64,000 nt of DNA from Gekko japonicus (GCF_001447785.1 NW_015159742.1:494484-558483), one strand, 5' to 3'. Counted from the stretch's first letter, positions 1 to 14,215 are shown. Numbers and translations: made by a program. The notes: generated by a model not told the origin, from the letters alone.

Positions 1-510
1 TCTCACTACAGAAAAAAGTTTCTTCCTGAGACAACTAACTTTTGCAGCTGTTCCAGAGCATGGAAAATACAATCAGTGATGGCTTGCAAGGAATCATGGG
101 AAAACAAACAAGAACTTTGGAATACTCAGATACTTCAGTGGTGCAGGAAGTATACTGCTGTATGTTTAAGTATGACAACAGCACTCTTGCATGTCATGAA
201 AAATACATGGCACACCTTACCAGATCAGATCAATGGATCAACTTTTGCTTCCAACAAGGTAGACACGGGGCTTATACCTAAGAAAAAAAGACTTGCCACT
301 AATATTCCAAGCCCCCAAGCCATTTCTCAGGTTTGACTGAATCTAGTTCTATTCCCAGCCATAACTGCAGCTGTATCATTAATTTCCACAAGTGACAATA
401 TGTGTTGGAGAAAACCACACTTTTGATTGTATTAAAACTAAATGAGAGACAAGCCCTTCCCTGAAAGTTTACAACAGGTGGGAGATGAAACAGAGGTTAA
501 GCGATCTGGG

Positions 511-1318
511 CAGGGGTCTTCTCCTAGAAAAAGAGCTGCAGGAGCTCATTAACATACAGTATGCTAATGAGCTACTAGGCTATTAGCATAATAGTTCATT
601 AGCATATGCAACGCCCCCTGACATCACCGGAAGTGATGTCAGAAGGGGAAGCAAAAGGGGGGAGGCATATTCAAAAGCCGCAGAAAGAGGGAAGGAAAGA
701 GAGTGAGTGAGTGTAGAGAGAAGGAGAAAGAGTGAAAGAAGGAAAGAAGGAAGGAAAGAGGAAAAGAGAGAGAAGGAAAGAAGGAGGGAAAGAAAGAGCG
801 AGAAGGGAAGAAGGAGGGAAAGAAAGAAAGAGCGAGAAGGGAAGAAGGAAAAGAGGTAAAGAGAGAGAAGGAAAGAAGAAGGAAAAGAGAGGAAGGAAGG
901 AAGAGAAGGGAAAGAAAAGTAGGGGAAGGAAAGGAGGGAAAGAAAGAGGGCAAAGAGATTGGGGGAGGGGGGAGGCTCTCCCACCCACCCCCATGCCCCC
1001 AATACAGTCTCCGGGGCGAGCCCCAGGCAACCGGCGATGGGCCTCCTCTGGCCTCCCTGGGGCAGCAGCGTTCCAGTGTGAGCCCCAAGAAGCTGGCAAT
1101 GGGACTCCTCTGCTCTCCCTGGAGTGGCAGGCGCTCCGGCGCTGGCCTGGGGATGCGGCAGGGGGGGCCTCTTCTGGCCTCCCACGGGCCGCAGCGCTCT
1201 GGCGCTGGCCTGGGGAAGCAGCAGGGGGCCACAGCGCGGGGAGCGGGGCTTGCTGCCACTGCCATTTGTCCCAGCGCCTGGGCTCCCGGAGCAGCACTCT
1301 GGCCCCAAAAGACCCCTG
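511..1318. mobile_element. Non-autonomous hAT element (MITE)
   Basis: TIR CAGGGGTCTT...AAGACCCCTG; perfect 8 bp TSD GATCTGGG (503-510, 1319-1326); internal purine tract and ~62 bp GC-rich repeats. Confidence 0.9.
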
Positions 1319-4300
1319 GATCTGGGCAAGGTCAATAAAACATAGGACAATATTTTCAGCTTTGGGTACAGTGCTCTCCCACTGTCCCAAATTCCCAAGC
1401 AGTTTGCTACAGGACTAGTACTCTATTCCTTGCTTTACAGGATGCCCTCATTCATTAGAAAACAATTACTCCTCTAATTCTTTCTACAGCGTTGTCAGTA
1501 AAAGTGTTTACAACATTATCGGGAAAAACAGAAGTAATTCTAGGAACCCCTCCACATGATGTTCTCGAATTTAATTTCATTGAAAGCCCACGTGGTATAG
1601 CAGTTAGAGTGCCACACAATAGTGGAATCTGGAAGACCCAAGTTCAAATCTCCATTCTGTCATGCAGCTTGCTGGGTGACCTTGGACCATTCACTCTCTC
1701 TCTCAGGCTGCCCTCTCTCTCAACGTGCTTATGAGGATGAAATGGAGACAGGGATAAGGATGTATGCTTCCCAGAGTTGCAAGGAGGAAGGACAGGATAC
1801 ATATAAATCTTGAAGTACCCAGTGGGATCTTATATATAAACATATGAGTAGCACATGTGACATTTATTGTGAAACTAGCTATTACACAGCTAACCCTCAG
1901 ATATAACGACTGCAGAGCACTTACTCATGAACAAACCACCAAACTTATTGAACTGACAATTTTTATGAAACTTATCAATGCCCCCTTCAGTGGTCTGAAG
2001 TCTGAGGCTACATCATGTGCAAAGCAGGTTCTTCTTTTCAAAACTGCAATAGTGGTCAACTTTCCCAGTGGCACAGATGAACTGACCACATTCAAATCAT
2101 AATCTTCATGGACCACTCACAAAAACATTACACTGTGCTAGAATATGTATCTGAACAATGTTTCCAAGCTGTCCCACAAAGAGAGATCTTAGAACAGCTT
2201 CACCAACAGCAACACTAGCAACAATTCTGAATAAAGGCCATCCAAAAAGCAGATGGGGGTGGGGGATGTGGAACACTTCTTTTCTCTGTCAACCTGAGAT
2301 CATAAATTCTTTATCTAGTTTAGAATTACCCCCTTGCCTCTATTCACAGCTAGCAATCATTGTCAAGATCCAGTTTATACATCCAAAACAGATGCAAATG
2401 TACTAAATGTCAGTGAAAGAATAATTTCAGACACAGCTTCTGCTTCACTGGTTCATTAACTCTTGCATCAGGAAGCTTGTCTCTCTCACCCACATAAGCA
2501 ACCCCCTATTACTGCAATGTCATGCCAAACTCCACCACCTAAACTGGAAGGCTATTGTAACTGCAGGGGGAAAATGCTGCTACTAATAGCAGCACAGCAA
2601 ATGCCCTTCCCCCAACTCAGTGTGCATCATCAAGAATCATCCCTGCTGTTTGTACTAAGGCTACCTTACGCACTTGCCATTTCCCCTTCAAAAAAGCAAT
2701 GGATCCTACTCTAGCAACATATAAGAAGTCCAGCATTCAACATTAGCAACAAAACGGCTTATAATATCCCCTTTAAGGGTCAAGGAAGCAGTGGAAAACG
2801 CAGCCGCTGCTCCAGCACAGGGACGAACTGGGCTTTAGCAGAGGTGAAGGGAGGTGCTGAGAAGACACTGTAATTAAAGGGGGAGGCAGAATAGCATGCT
2901 AGGAAAGAAGCCAAGGAAAATGGATGAATTAATTGCAGCCAACAACAGCTACAGGGGGGAAGTTTAAAGGGGAGGGGTGTGGTTTGATGATTTAAAGCTA
3001 CACAGGAACCACACATACAGGGGTAATGCTGAGAAGCTGGTATAGTTAGAGATTGTCACTTTTGTATCTCAGCCCCATGTCTCTCTCATACACCCCATAG
3101 AATAAAACATTTCAAAAGTGGGAGGGAGAGGAGGATAGTAAGGATTCTCTAGCAGGAAAACTGACAAGGAACCACACAAACAGAATATTCCTGTCACATG
3201 ACACCTGATCCAGGCCCAGTGCTCCAAGTGGGTAGGGCAGTAGCATTGATGAGTAGCCATGTTTATTTAGATGGGTCACACAGGTTGTCTGATCATGACC
3301 TGTCCCTTTCTTAACTGATCCTCAGTGAGCAGGTTATTGAGACTGGCAGATGCTCTCGCTCTCCCACCACAAAGATAAGGTTGCTTTGCGTAAAAGCTGG
3401 AGACTTCCTACCCTAAACTGAACCCAATTCAGACTGTGTGCTCAATCCTGCCTGGAAACCCACACCCTTCAGACTTCTCCCGCCCTCCTTCCTTACCAGA
3501 AATCAACAACCCCTTGGAAAAACGGAAGTATTACACATGCACTCATCAATGTAAAATTACTTTTTTTGAAGTTCATGCTTATCCTCAAAACAGCCCCATT
3601 ATATTACCTTTAGGAAACAGAGGGTAAGAGGCACCAAGAGGCAATAAAAATTCATCTAATCTACGTATTGGATATCGTTAACGTCTCACCTCAAAATGCC
3701 AGGTTGTATAGTATTTTGTTAAAACTTTCCTTTTATGAAAAAGGGAGAGGATTTGGAGTATGTTACAAGTCAGTCATTTTTATAGCTATAGTCAAATCAC
3801 ACAAAAATTATTGCCAGTAAAAGTACAGAATACAGAATGAAAAGAACTATCTAGATCCCTGTAAATAGTCACCGTTTTCAGTTGCAGAGGACTACTTTTA
3901 ACGCGTGGGCCCATTAGATCTAATTGTAAATTTGCAAGCAACAAAAGGCCAGAAACAATTTGACAATTTCATGGTTTTCTTCACAGGGTAGAGGTGACAT
4001 TACTTGATCCTATCCTGGCAAGATACTTTTCTAAGCAGCCTTGGGGAGTTTTGGCTTCTGTAGTACATACCCCCACATAAAGTTTAACAAAAACGCAGAG
4101 TCTTCTCTTAATACAACCAATATGCAATTCCCCCCTACCTCTTGAGAAATTGGCACACAGTTTCCAGCAGTGGAGAGCTAACTGTAATTTTGACATATGG
4201 ATGTAAGTTCATCCACAGAACACAAACCAGGATGTCCTATGGCAAGTACCCCTTATGACAAAGGTTTCGATTGTCTCCATTTCAAATGGGAGGACATTTT

Positions 4301-4494
4301 AAAGGCCTACTCCTCTTAGGACAACCTAAACGCTGTATACATATTTTTCCTTTAAAAATAACTCTAGGACTAAAAAAAGGGAAAGCAGCAGTCTGTCCTG
4401 TTTGATTTGTGATAGCAAATGTCAAAAGGAGGGATATGAACACTTACAAGCATTATTAACTTGTCCAAGACATGGATGCCATTTTTCTAGTTTA

Positions 4495-4714
4495 GTAAAG
4501 GTAAAGGTTCCCTTGCTCGAAAGCCAGTCGAATCCGACTCTAGGGTTGCGGTGCTCATCTCCGTTTCAAAGCCGAAGAGCCAGCGCTGTCCGAAGACGTT
4601 TCCGTGGTCATGTGGCCGGCATGACTAAACACCAAGGCACACGGAACGCTGTTACCTTCCCACCGAAGTGGTACCTATTTATCTACTTGCAATTTCTTGC
4701 TTTCGAACTGCTAG
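4495..4714 (-). mobile_element. Sauria SINE (partial)
   Basis: (ACCTTT)n tail on the minus strand; body includes GTTACCTTCCCACCGAAGTGGTACCTATTTATCTAC. Confidence 0.85.
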
Positions 4715-5719
4715 TTTAGATCTCTTTTAAAATTATTTTAAATGACTGTCACTTTAAATTTTGTGTAACAATTTTTTTAAGAGGGCAGTGGCCCCAAATT
4801 GCAGGGTCTTGTGCCAACTGGCTGCTGGGGAACGGGGCTAATCTAGCCAAGGAGCTCAGGGAGAGCTAGAAACTGAAACCAAATCTGATTTAAAAGGACA
4901 TTTCAAAAAACAACAAACAAAGCTGCCATTTCCCGGCCACTTCCTGCAAGGATGGGGGAGGGAGCAGAGGAAGAAGGCTGTTTGCATCAAGGTTCAGTGT
5001 GCATATTTAGGCAGGGGAAGAGGACTGCCCAGAGCACTCTCACTCAACCCAAAGCCAGTCACCAGGGATTCCCTGGGCTTACAACCCACCTCCCACACAA
5101 AGGGCTCTCTCAACTCTAGCCGTCATTTCCCAAAACCACACTCACAGCTCTTCTGCTACAAGGATAAAGATCTTAGCCTCTCAGCTTCCCAAATACATAA
5201 GGGACTCCAATCAGAAACCATTCCCACACAATCAAGGCACAAAATGTTACAAACCATATATGGAAAGGATCTCTAGTATCACAAGCTATCGCCACCAATT
5301 ATACACACGCCTACCCTTTCCCCAACAACTATGCAGACCAGAGTAGCACTAAACATGAGATTCAGAACTCCTGAATCAACCAGGGGTACGCATGTGCACA
5401 CATGAGTGTATACGCATAAGCGTATACCAGAAAACAGAATCCCAGAAGTCTTTCACATCTCCAAAAAATAAAAAAACCCAGCCACCATATCCATATTAAA
5501 GGTGGCCCTGGACTCTAAATTTGTTCTACTGGTTCTGACCAACATGGCTGACCACCTGGATCTATATTCCTCTACATCACTCTTTTCATGCATCCGTGTT
5601 TCCAAACCATTTTCTTCACAAGCTGCATCACCAGGAAAGGATCCTTAACAGGAAATCAGAATTCCTATATCCGGTCTTATTGCATTCTGATCCAAGAAGG
5701 GATAATAACCTTAGCCTTC

Positions 5720-5895
5720 CTGGCTCGTAGCTAACATGGGGCCCAAGGGGCCTGGCCCCCAGTGTTTCCTCTGGGGGCCCCTCCTTCCCGGCCCGACCCC
5801 TAAGTGCCCCAACTCGCCACCTGCAATGTGCTTTGATTTAATTAGCTGGTGCCCCCCCAGGCCCCCTCCCCCCAAATTCCCTAGCTACGGGGCTG
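5720..5895. mobile_element. hAT MITE
   Basis: Termini CTGGCTCGTAGCTA / TAGCTACGGGGCTG; 8 bp TSD TAGCCTTC. Confidence 0.85.
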
Positions 5896-6399
5896 TAGCC
5901 TTCTTATAATGAAGTCTGAAGAAAGCCCACAAATCCCTCGTTAGGCATCTGATATCCAGAGCAGCCCATTTCCCCGAACTCCAGGACCTGTACTCTTCCT
6001 CCCCCAGATCACAAGGAATCCTCACAAAGCCTGATCACTCCAGATTCACTAAGAACTGCCTACAACCCCTTTGCCCTCAAAATACAGCCCCCCTCCCACA
6101 CACATTTCAGGGGAAGGCAACACCTTGTTTCCCTCCACTCCTTACACTGTTAACAAAGTGAGCCAGGGGAAGTGTGTGATCAGAGTACTGAACTAGAAGC
6201 TGGGAGGCCTGCATTCAAACCCACACTCTGCTATGAAGCAATGGGGGACTACTTCACTGTCAGCCTAACCAGTGACTGTTGTTTCAAACAGAAAAGAGGA
6301 GAATGGTGTCGGCCACCCCAAGCTCCCTGGAGACAGACTAGGCTAAAATGAAATAAAGACTGAATCCATCTTGTGGGAGATGAGATGGGCTTGTTACAT

Positions 6400-7480
6400 T
6401 ATCGTTGTGATGCGGCCTTCGCCCCCTTCTTTCCCGAAACAAAATCCAAACCCCTTTCAACACTCATTTCATCCCTTCTTCGCCTTCTCCCTCCTTCTAC
6501 CCCTCCCCAAAACCATGCTCGCCGCCGCTGCCACTCTTCCGTATAAAGAGAGAAAGCCACCCCCTCCCCTCCCCGCTTCCCAAACGAAGGAGGTGTCCCG
6601 TCCCCCCTCCAACCTCAAGGCCGGGGCTTCCGCATAAACTTCCTCACTTCAAACGAGAGATTTCGCCTCTCCGGCCACTCTCCAAACCAAGAGCTCTCCC
6701 GCCCCCGGTGCACTCTACACTCGGGCCTCCCCGGATGGGGGAAGGGAAGAGATTTCTCTCCCTTTCATATACGGGATGGACGAAACTTTACCTCCCCACC
6801 CCCCACCCCCAATCTTGAGAGAACGAACTGCTGCCCCCCCCNNNNNNNNNNNNNNNNNNNNNNNNNNNNNNNNCCCGATCCCCAGCCAAGGCTCCCCCAC
6901 CACCACCACCAACGGAAAACAGGGCCACGTCACGCACCCAAACAGGGCTCTCCTCAGAGAGGCGTGTTGGGTTTTCCCCCCGTCTCCTCGAAACAGTCCT
7001 TTCACCTTTACCTCCCCCCTTCCTTCCTCCCTCCTCACCTGCAAGAGGTGTCAGCCGGCCCCTCACATGGCCTGAGGAGGTCGGCCCTGGCGGCGTCGCA
7101 TGACCGGCAGGGCGAAAGGGAGGCACCGGACCAGACTGATGGTGGGGGAGGGGAAGCAGAGCGATGCAGCAGCAGCACCAGGCAAGGCCGCCGCCGTCGT
7201 CGTTTCCAGCCAGGAAGCCCCAGCCAGCCAACGAACGAGCGAGGCAGCCAGCGAGCGCCGGAGCCAGTGTCGAAAGCAAGACGCCGCCGGGTCCTAAGGC
7301 CTGCCTCTCAGACGGGTAGGGAGACTCGGCAGCAGCGCCGCCTCTTGAAGAAGGCGAAAGAGGATGAAAAAGGCGGCGGCCGAGGCTCGGTCACTGTGCC
7401 CCCCACGCCCCACCCCACCCCCGCGCACAAAAAGCGAAATGGTCCGAGAGCTTGGAGAAAGGGAGGGGGGGGTTAGGGTT
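6400..7480 (-). promoter_or_regulatory. CpG island with minus-strand first exon (donor after 7039); probably a BAZ2A 5' exon
   Basis: High CpG; GCAG|GTGAGG donor. BAZ2A follows ATP5F1B on the same strand in mammals (synteny inference; no BAZ2A coding exon seen). Confidence 0.55.
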
Positions 7481-10400
7481 GGGGGAGGCTGGTTTCTACC
7501 ATGAAAACGTGCTGTGTCTCAAGCCCGGCTAGGGAGTCACATCCGCTTTATGTGCCTCCCGTGCGATACTATTTGGGGGTGGTGGAGTTCTTTCCTGATC
7601 TAATCTACAAAACGAAAGACATGTAACACGTTTAGTTAAGACCACCCGAAATAACACAATACATGGCACATGTTTTGGAGTTCTCCAGAATGCTTTGTCA
7701 GGCTGGATATTGAAAGGCTGGCACAAACACCATATTTAGAAACATCCACAGAGAGAACTTTCATAGCCCTCAGACAGAATGTGTGCGGCAGCCAGGGTGC
7801 TGGACTTGGACCAGGGTACAAATCCTCACTTGGCCAAAAAGCTCACTAGGGGCTACATTACACACTGTTTCTTTACTTAATTTGCACCCTGCCTGTCACC
7901 CCAATGGGAAGTCAAGGTGGCTTACATTATTATCTTCTCCATTTTATCCTCTCAACAAACCTGTGAGGTTGGTTAGGCTGGGACTGTGTGATTGGCCCAA
8001 GGTCACCCAGCAACCTTCCATGGCAGACTGGGGATTCAAACCTGGGTCTCCCAGATCTTGGTCCAACATGAAGCACTACATGACTCTGGCTAGTCGTCTG
8101 CATTTGGCTCAAAAAAGCAGGGGTAGTGCAATAGGAGTATTTGCCTCTCCCCCCCCTTTCCACAGTTAAAGTAGTCCATGATGGGATACATCCCAACTGG
8201 GGAAATGGCACAGAAAGGGCTTGTCACCAGCTTGTCTACCACTGGCAGTCCCATGCCATACCCTTAGTCTCAGGTTCCAGTCAAGAAATTCCAGTGTCAT
8301 GCATACTTTGATTCTTGAGTAACTTTGGGGCAGTGATACTGGGCCTCACAGGGTTGTTGTGAGCATAACAGGGATGAAGAGAGATCATGTGTACCCCCCA
8401 CAATTCCTTGTACGGGATTGAAATGTAAAAAACAATGCTTTTAAGTGCAGTCATTCCTCACATTAAAGATGCAAATCAAATGATCAAAAGAAGAGAGATC
8501 AAGTGATGAACGTATGTGTGTGACAAACTAACTCTGTGTGTGTGTCTGTCACTGCTTAACACATGCCCAAGCTATGTAGAGACAGATGTGGAAAAGCAAA
8601 TGTTTAGGGACCACTGGTAGGGGCACGGAAAGAAAAGGTGTATGAGAGAGGCATTGTTACATTATTGCTGGCACTTGCTAAAGCAATGGGAGAGGAAGGT
8701 GTAGAAGGGCCCACTATATGACAATGGAAGACTATACACCTTAGACATGTATCGTTGCCAAAAGTAAGTTTTGTGGTTGGTGTGGCCAAGTTGCAAGAAC
8801 ACTAGGTGCCTAGTTATCAAGGACAATTAACCAGGACGGGTGGTCACAGAGGTAATCTGAAGAGTATGGTGCGAGTGGCAACAAGATGGAGTAATATTCC
8901 CTACCACTGCAGAGAAATAAGGAGGGGTGAAGAGAAAAAGGATTGGTTTCTAGTGAATAAGGGAAAGGTGATGACTTTTAAAGGTTTTTCAAGTCCACAA
9001 ATGCTGCCATCACTCTGAAAAGCAGAGGAGGGCTCTAACTGAAGAGTAGAAGGGAAGTTGGCAAGCCAGCCAGTGAGGCCAGGGAGATTTGGCTGCCAGG
9101 ATGCATAGTTTGGGGGGGGGGTTAGTGTGGAAGAACAGAAAGTTTTAAGGAATTGCCAGAGGATCTGTAAGATGGGACTGCAGTGACAGTTTACCAGAAG
9201 TGCACGGGTAGGGGGTGTGTTCCCTGATGGAACAAAGCTGTTGCTCGTCTCTGGGACTACTATCATAGGTTAAAAAAAAAAATGCCATGAGATGATAGGG
9301 AAAAATAGGCCTTCACTGCTAGTATGTATTCTTAGGATTGTACTTTTGGTTCAGAAGCAATGTGGGGTGTCTCCCAAATCTGTTGAGATTCTGGGGATCA
9401 GACCTGGGATTTTCTGCATTGAAATAATATGATCTACCTGTGAGCTAAGGTCCTTCAGCCAAATCCCGTCATTAGTGCCGTACAAGAGCCTTCACCTATG
9501 CAACCTGTGGCATTTCTTCCTGCCGCACTTCTCTGTATCGTGTTATCCAAACGGTTTTGTAGTAGACGAATCTCTATGAAATTGTAGCTGCAAAAAAGAG
9601 CCTAGGGAAAAGTGAAACATCATTATACTGCAAAAGATTAGTCTTTTCCCCTTTACTCCCCCTCTCAAATTAATGTCAGCCCCAGAAATCATTGCCTTCA
9701 TACCTCTCATCCTTCGACCATCTGGATCTCCATCTTCGCAACACGTTTTAAAACACAAATGATAAAACTGATCTCCCTCAAGTGGGTTCCAAAGTTATTA
9801 GAAACATGAGAGCTGCATTCCCAGTTTTGTGGACGATGGCTTCATTTTTGTAGCGCTCCAATCTATGTAGCCCTGGGATTAACAATTCACAGACTGGGGG
9901 GTGGGGATACAACTCTTTCAGGGCTGGGATACTCAGAATAGTTTCTGGCAAGCCTTTATGAAGGAAGACTTGGATGTTGGGGCCTAAGGGCTCTCTGGGA
10001 CAGATCCTGCTGCCAACTTCAGCTTTTCCAGCTGCTTGTGGAGTCAGGAGATTGGAGCTGCCACTACCTGTCAGCTCCTCCTTCCTTGAGATACGGAGGC
10101 CTACGCCAACCAGCGCCCACAAAGTACATCTCTTGTAGCTGCAGGAGGAACTGAGCCAGAGGGCGGGGGAAGGAATCAGAGGGTGGCCGGAGGACACAGG
10201 GAGAACACTCTCACACAAAATCCTGCCACCAATACAGAAGAGGGCTAGAAATATACATGGATGTGCCCAAACCAGAATCAGAAAGGGCAACAGGAAAATC
10301 AAGAATCTATGGGAAACAGGGCTGTGGATACCAGAGGCTGGAGGGAAGGGGACAATGACGACGACAGAACAAACCTTCCTCAGTTCCCAATTAGCTCCAT

Positions 10401-11096
10401 TCTGTGCTGAATCCAGCCAGCTGAGTCAGCCAGACACAGCAAAACAACTCATCTTTGTTATCTACCCTCTGCTAAGCCTCCCACCTCACACGCTGAAAGG
10501 ACTCTCCTTTTATTCATAATTGCGGTTTAGCTATGCTCGGCAGGTGGGGAAACCGAGGCACAAACTGACGGTACAGCCTCACTCTCTCATCAAGGTCATA
10601 CCGTCCAAAGAGGAGGGAGGTGGCAGGCTCTCATCTCCTCGCATGGCTCATAGTGTCCTGCTCATAGTACCCTTCAAAGCTGTTTGCAATTATTTATATT
10701 CAAAGAGCATAAGGCTGCTCGGCTTGTGGGCAGGGAGGCTGTGTTAGCGTTGCCAGCCTCCAGGTGGGGCCTGAAGTTCTCCCAGATTTACAACTGATCT
10801 CCAGACTACAGGGGTCAGTACCGCTGGAGGCACTGGCCGTTTATAAGGGCAGACTCTATGGAATCACATTCCTACTGAGCATGCTCCCATCCCCAAACCC
10901 CGCCCTTCGCAGGCACAACACCACTACACCAAACCCTATGCCAGTAAACCCAGAGTAGCACAATTGACTTCAGTTAGGTTACTATAGAATAGATGGCTAG
11001 AAGGGTGCACTCAGTGTGCCATTATTTTTTTAAAGAAAAATTGTACCCTACACTTCTTGTCAAATATACAATGCTTGATTTCTTGTGAGAACCCAA

Positions 11097-11184
11097 CAGT
11101 GCAGTCCAAAGTGGAATTATACCCTTCTAAATCCATTGAAGTCAATGGTCCTAGAAGGGTGTGACTCTTTTTAGGATGACACTG
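11097..11184. repeat. Short palindromic (hairpin) MITE-like repeat; relatives at ~21040-21110, ~21955-21990, ~57150-57240
   Basis: CAGTGCAGTCC...CCATTGAAGTCAATGG...GGATGACACTG imperfect inverted repeat. Confidence 0.65.
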
Positions 11185-11550
11185 TAAATTTGCCATGAGG
11201 CCTGCTCCCACAAGTCTTATTTCTTAAGGCCAGTACAGGGTGGCAGGCTTTAACACTGAATCACCTGTTTCACGTCAGCCAGGCTGCTGAAAAGAAAATC
11301 CCAGCATTGAGCCAATTAAACCTTTTAGCAGGAGAGAGAGAGAACGAACAAACGAATGAATACCAGACTACCAGATCTGAGACATGGCACGTTCTGAAGA
11401 CCTGATGTCACTCACCCAGCACTAACCTGTCTTCTACATTTCCCTCAAAGGACACTATCCAGGAAGCAGGCATGCATTTAGGGAATGGGACATTTTTCAA
11501 TAATATTTGAGTGTGGTTTTGGTGTTTCCATGTCCCACCCCCATTTTATC

Positions 11551-11768
11551 TAGGGTTGCCAACCTCCAGGTGGCACCTGGAGATCTCCTGCTATTACAAT
11601 TGATCTTCAGATGACCAGGATCAGTTCCCCTGGAGGAAATGGCTGCTTTGGAGGGTCAACTCTATGGCATGATACCCTGCTGAGTTCCCTCCCCACCCGA
11701 AACACTGCCCTCTCTAGGCTCCACCCCCAAATATCCAGGTACTTCCCAGCCCAGAACTGGCAAACCTG
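11551..11768. mobile_element. hAT MITE (TAGGGTTGCCA family); relatives at ~10745-10950 and ~48238-48427
   Basis: TAGGGTTGCCA...TGGCAAACCTG; 8 bp TSD ATTTTATC. Confidence 0.9.
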
Positions 11769-13203
11769 ATTTTATCTACTATTTTCAGGTAGCTATGTTG
11801 GGGGGGGGGGTTGAGGGGTGACACTTCACTGACAAATAACTATTTACTTGAAATGCATTGGGAATACCGTTTCCTGCATTTGCTAACTGGGGTGTGTGTG
11901 TCTGCTGTGTAGCTCTGTCCTTTTGCAGGGCTCAAGCATGAGAGGGGAAAGGGGAGAATCGCACCAGGACCCAGAGGCAGGGCCAGCAGAGGTGTGATAT
12001 TTGGAGCTCTGCCATTACCCACAACTGCCATTACCCACAAGGACCTATGTGTGTATAAAACTGCAAGGTCCACATGCAAGAAAACCTTTAATGACACCAA
12101 ACATTCTGGTAAGAAATGTGACAGGGGACAGAAACGTACACACAGGAGCTGAGGCAGGATCACTTCTTCTGTATGGAAATTGCCCCAGCCTCCTCCCACC
12201 CCGTACCTCTGCCCAAAGATTGGGGGGGGGGGGCATTCCAGGTTACAAGCCCATTACTATGATATGATCTATATTTATGTTTTTCCCCAGAAATAAAACA
12301 TTTTTCCTTTTATGCCACATAAGATTGGATGTATGGGATGGGCTCTTGATGTGTATGGGGGGAGACATATTACAAGTCTGTACCAGGCCTGGAGAAATAA
12401 GGCTTGCCTTTTGTCCCTATGGCAATTCCAGAAGGGGTAGCTGTATTAGTCTGTTGCAGCAAACTTAAATGGAAGCCCAGTGGCACATTATTAAAGACTA
12501 ACCAAAATTATTTCAACATAAGTTTTTGTGACTCATGAAAATATATGCTGGAATTAATTTGTTTAGTCTTTAAGATACCCCATCAGTTCCAAGTCCTTGT
12601 GGTGGCTGTTTATATATTCATAAAACTGACATGCAATCCCAATTGCACATGACCCTGGTGACCTTGTAGACAGGAAAAGAGGGGGCTTCTGACCATTTTA
12701 GGAATGCTTGCCTTAATCATGTAAGCATGATCTGAATACTTCCTTCCCATATCCTGGACTACAGATAATGTAGTCCAAGCAGTGAAAACACTGTCACACA
12801 TCTTCCCATCTGAAGCCATGAACTACTTGCAGCTAATCCCAGTTTGCCCAGCACCTCCAAATCAGGCTCCCTTGCTGGGAGCTCTGGGATACACCAGACA
12901 GAGCCATTAGGCACAAGTAGAAAGCGCTCAGCTCCCTTTGACCCAATGAGGAAGACAGATTCGCCTGTCTGGTTTGCTGCAGGCAAAAGTAGGTTATAGA
13001 GAGTTGCAGGAATCTTCATGCATGCTCTAGCACAGGGGTGGGGGATGGAACAGATTAGAGAGGCTGGCTGGCAGAGGGCAAGACAGAAGGAAACCTAAGG
13101 CAAAACAGATGTAGGAAAGCCCCAACGCTCCCCCCCATCCCACAATTATAAGCCTGCCCATGCTGTAAGCCATCAATGGGCTGGGAAGGTAAAGGAAGGA
13201 TGG

Positions 13204-13956
13204 TGTCGTGCCCTGGGGTGTCCCCTGGCCTTGGAGGACCACTTGCCGTGTTGGCGGAGGGTACAGGAGGGAAGCGAGTTCCTCAGACATGGAAGGGTTG
13301 GGGAGTTTCGTCACTGCCCGAGTCACCTTCCTCGGGGTCGACAGCCGCATCTCCATCTCTCTAGCTTGCCTAGCCAGTCACCTCCGATATCCTCCTCGAC
13401 TCTCCTTGCTTCCCTCCTTTTATTCTCCTCATGTCCCTTGGTAACACCCCCCTTTCCCCTCCCAGTAATCTTACTGCTTCCTTAACCTGCCCGTCACCCC
13501 TTCTATCGTCCCTATGGTGTGTTTCTCTCCTAGTCCCGCCCTGTCGTGATTCCCCGTGGATCTCGCCCTGAGTCGGGGAGTATAGGGGAGTGGCCACTTC
13601 CGATGAGCCTAAGGAGCCTGACGCCGTCTGCCACAGCGTCTCCAACCATTCTCCCTTGGGTAAGACCGGACTTCTCCAGTCGCCTCGCACTCAGGACCGT
13701 GCGCGTCCCCCTTGCGTCGGCGGCTGAGGAGGTGAGCCCATCTCCGCCCTTTTCTCCGACGTCATTCTCCGTGGAGGGAGTGGGGTGGGCCTTCCAAGGG
13801 CTCCTGGTTGTCTGCCTGCGATCTGTCCCATATGGTGGTGGCTGCAACCCCCATCGCCCCGCGAACCCCCTCCCCAGGGAGTTCCATCTTCCGGGGTACA
13901 CCAAGGGTCCGGCGCGGGTCACACCAGTCCCGCCGCAGCGGCCAGAACAGATGACA
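13204..13956 (-). mobile_element. Probable solo LTR (Gypsy-like)
   Basis: TGTCAT...ACGACA inverted termini; CpG/GC-rich with sharp boundaries; no clean TSD. Confidence 0.5.
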
Positions 13957-14215
13957 TCAGCACAGAACTTGCTTTCCTAAATGAATGGGCTTGAGTACTC
14001 TACCCTAACCTTGAGTATATGAATGATTAATGGCGAACATCTATCCTGACAATGTATTTGGATCTATACAAGAATGGAATGGTACGCTTGTACTGGATCC
14101 AAGATATCTGCTTGCAGGTTGCAAATTCCAGAATGGTAAGAGTGAGTGAATAAGGATCAGAATTGGGAAGCCACTCTTTTCCAACATGCCTGTTCATAAT
14201 GTGGGGGTAATAATC

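Noticed and set aside
583-1418. Overlapping 200-270 aa ORFs on both strands
   Set aside because: They lie inside a TSD-flanked MITE; the low-complexity purine tract simply lacks stop codons.
11929-12108. 180 nt plus-strand open segment with good AG/GT sites
   Set aside because: The frame depends on a recent 16 bp tandem duplication; no partner exons or homology. At most an antisense non-coding exon.
9778-13019. Minus-strand exon-like ORFs (12827-12976 and from 10138) as a hidden gene
   Set aside because: Acceptors are plausible, but the donor is weak (GTAGTT), the join stops after ~12 codons, and no protein family is recognisable.
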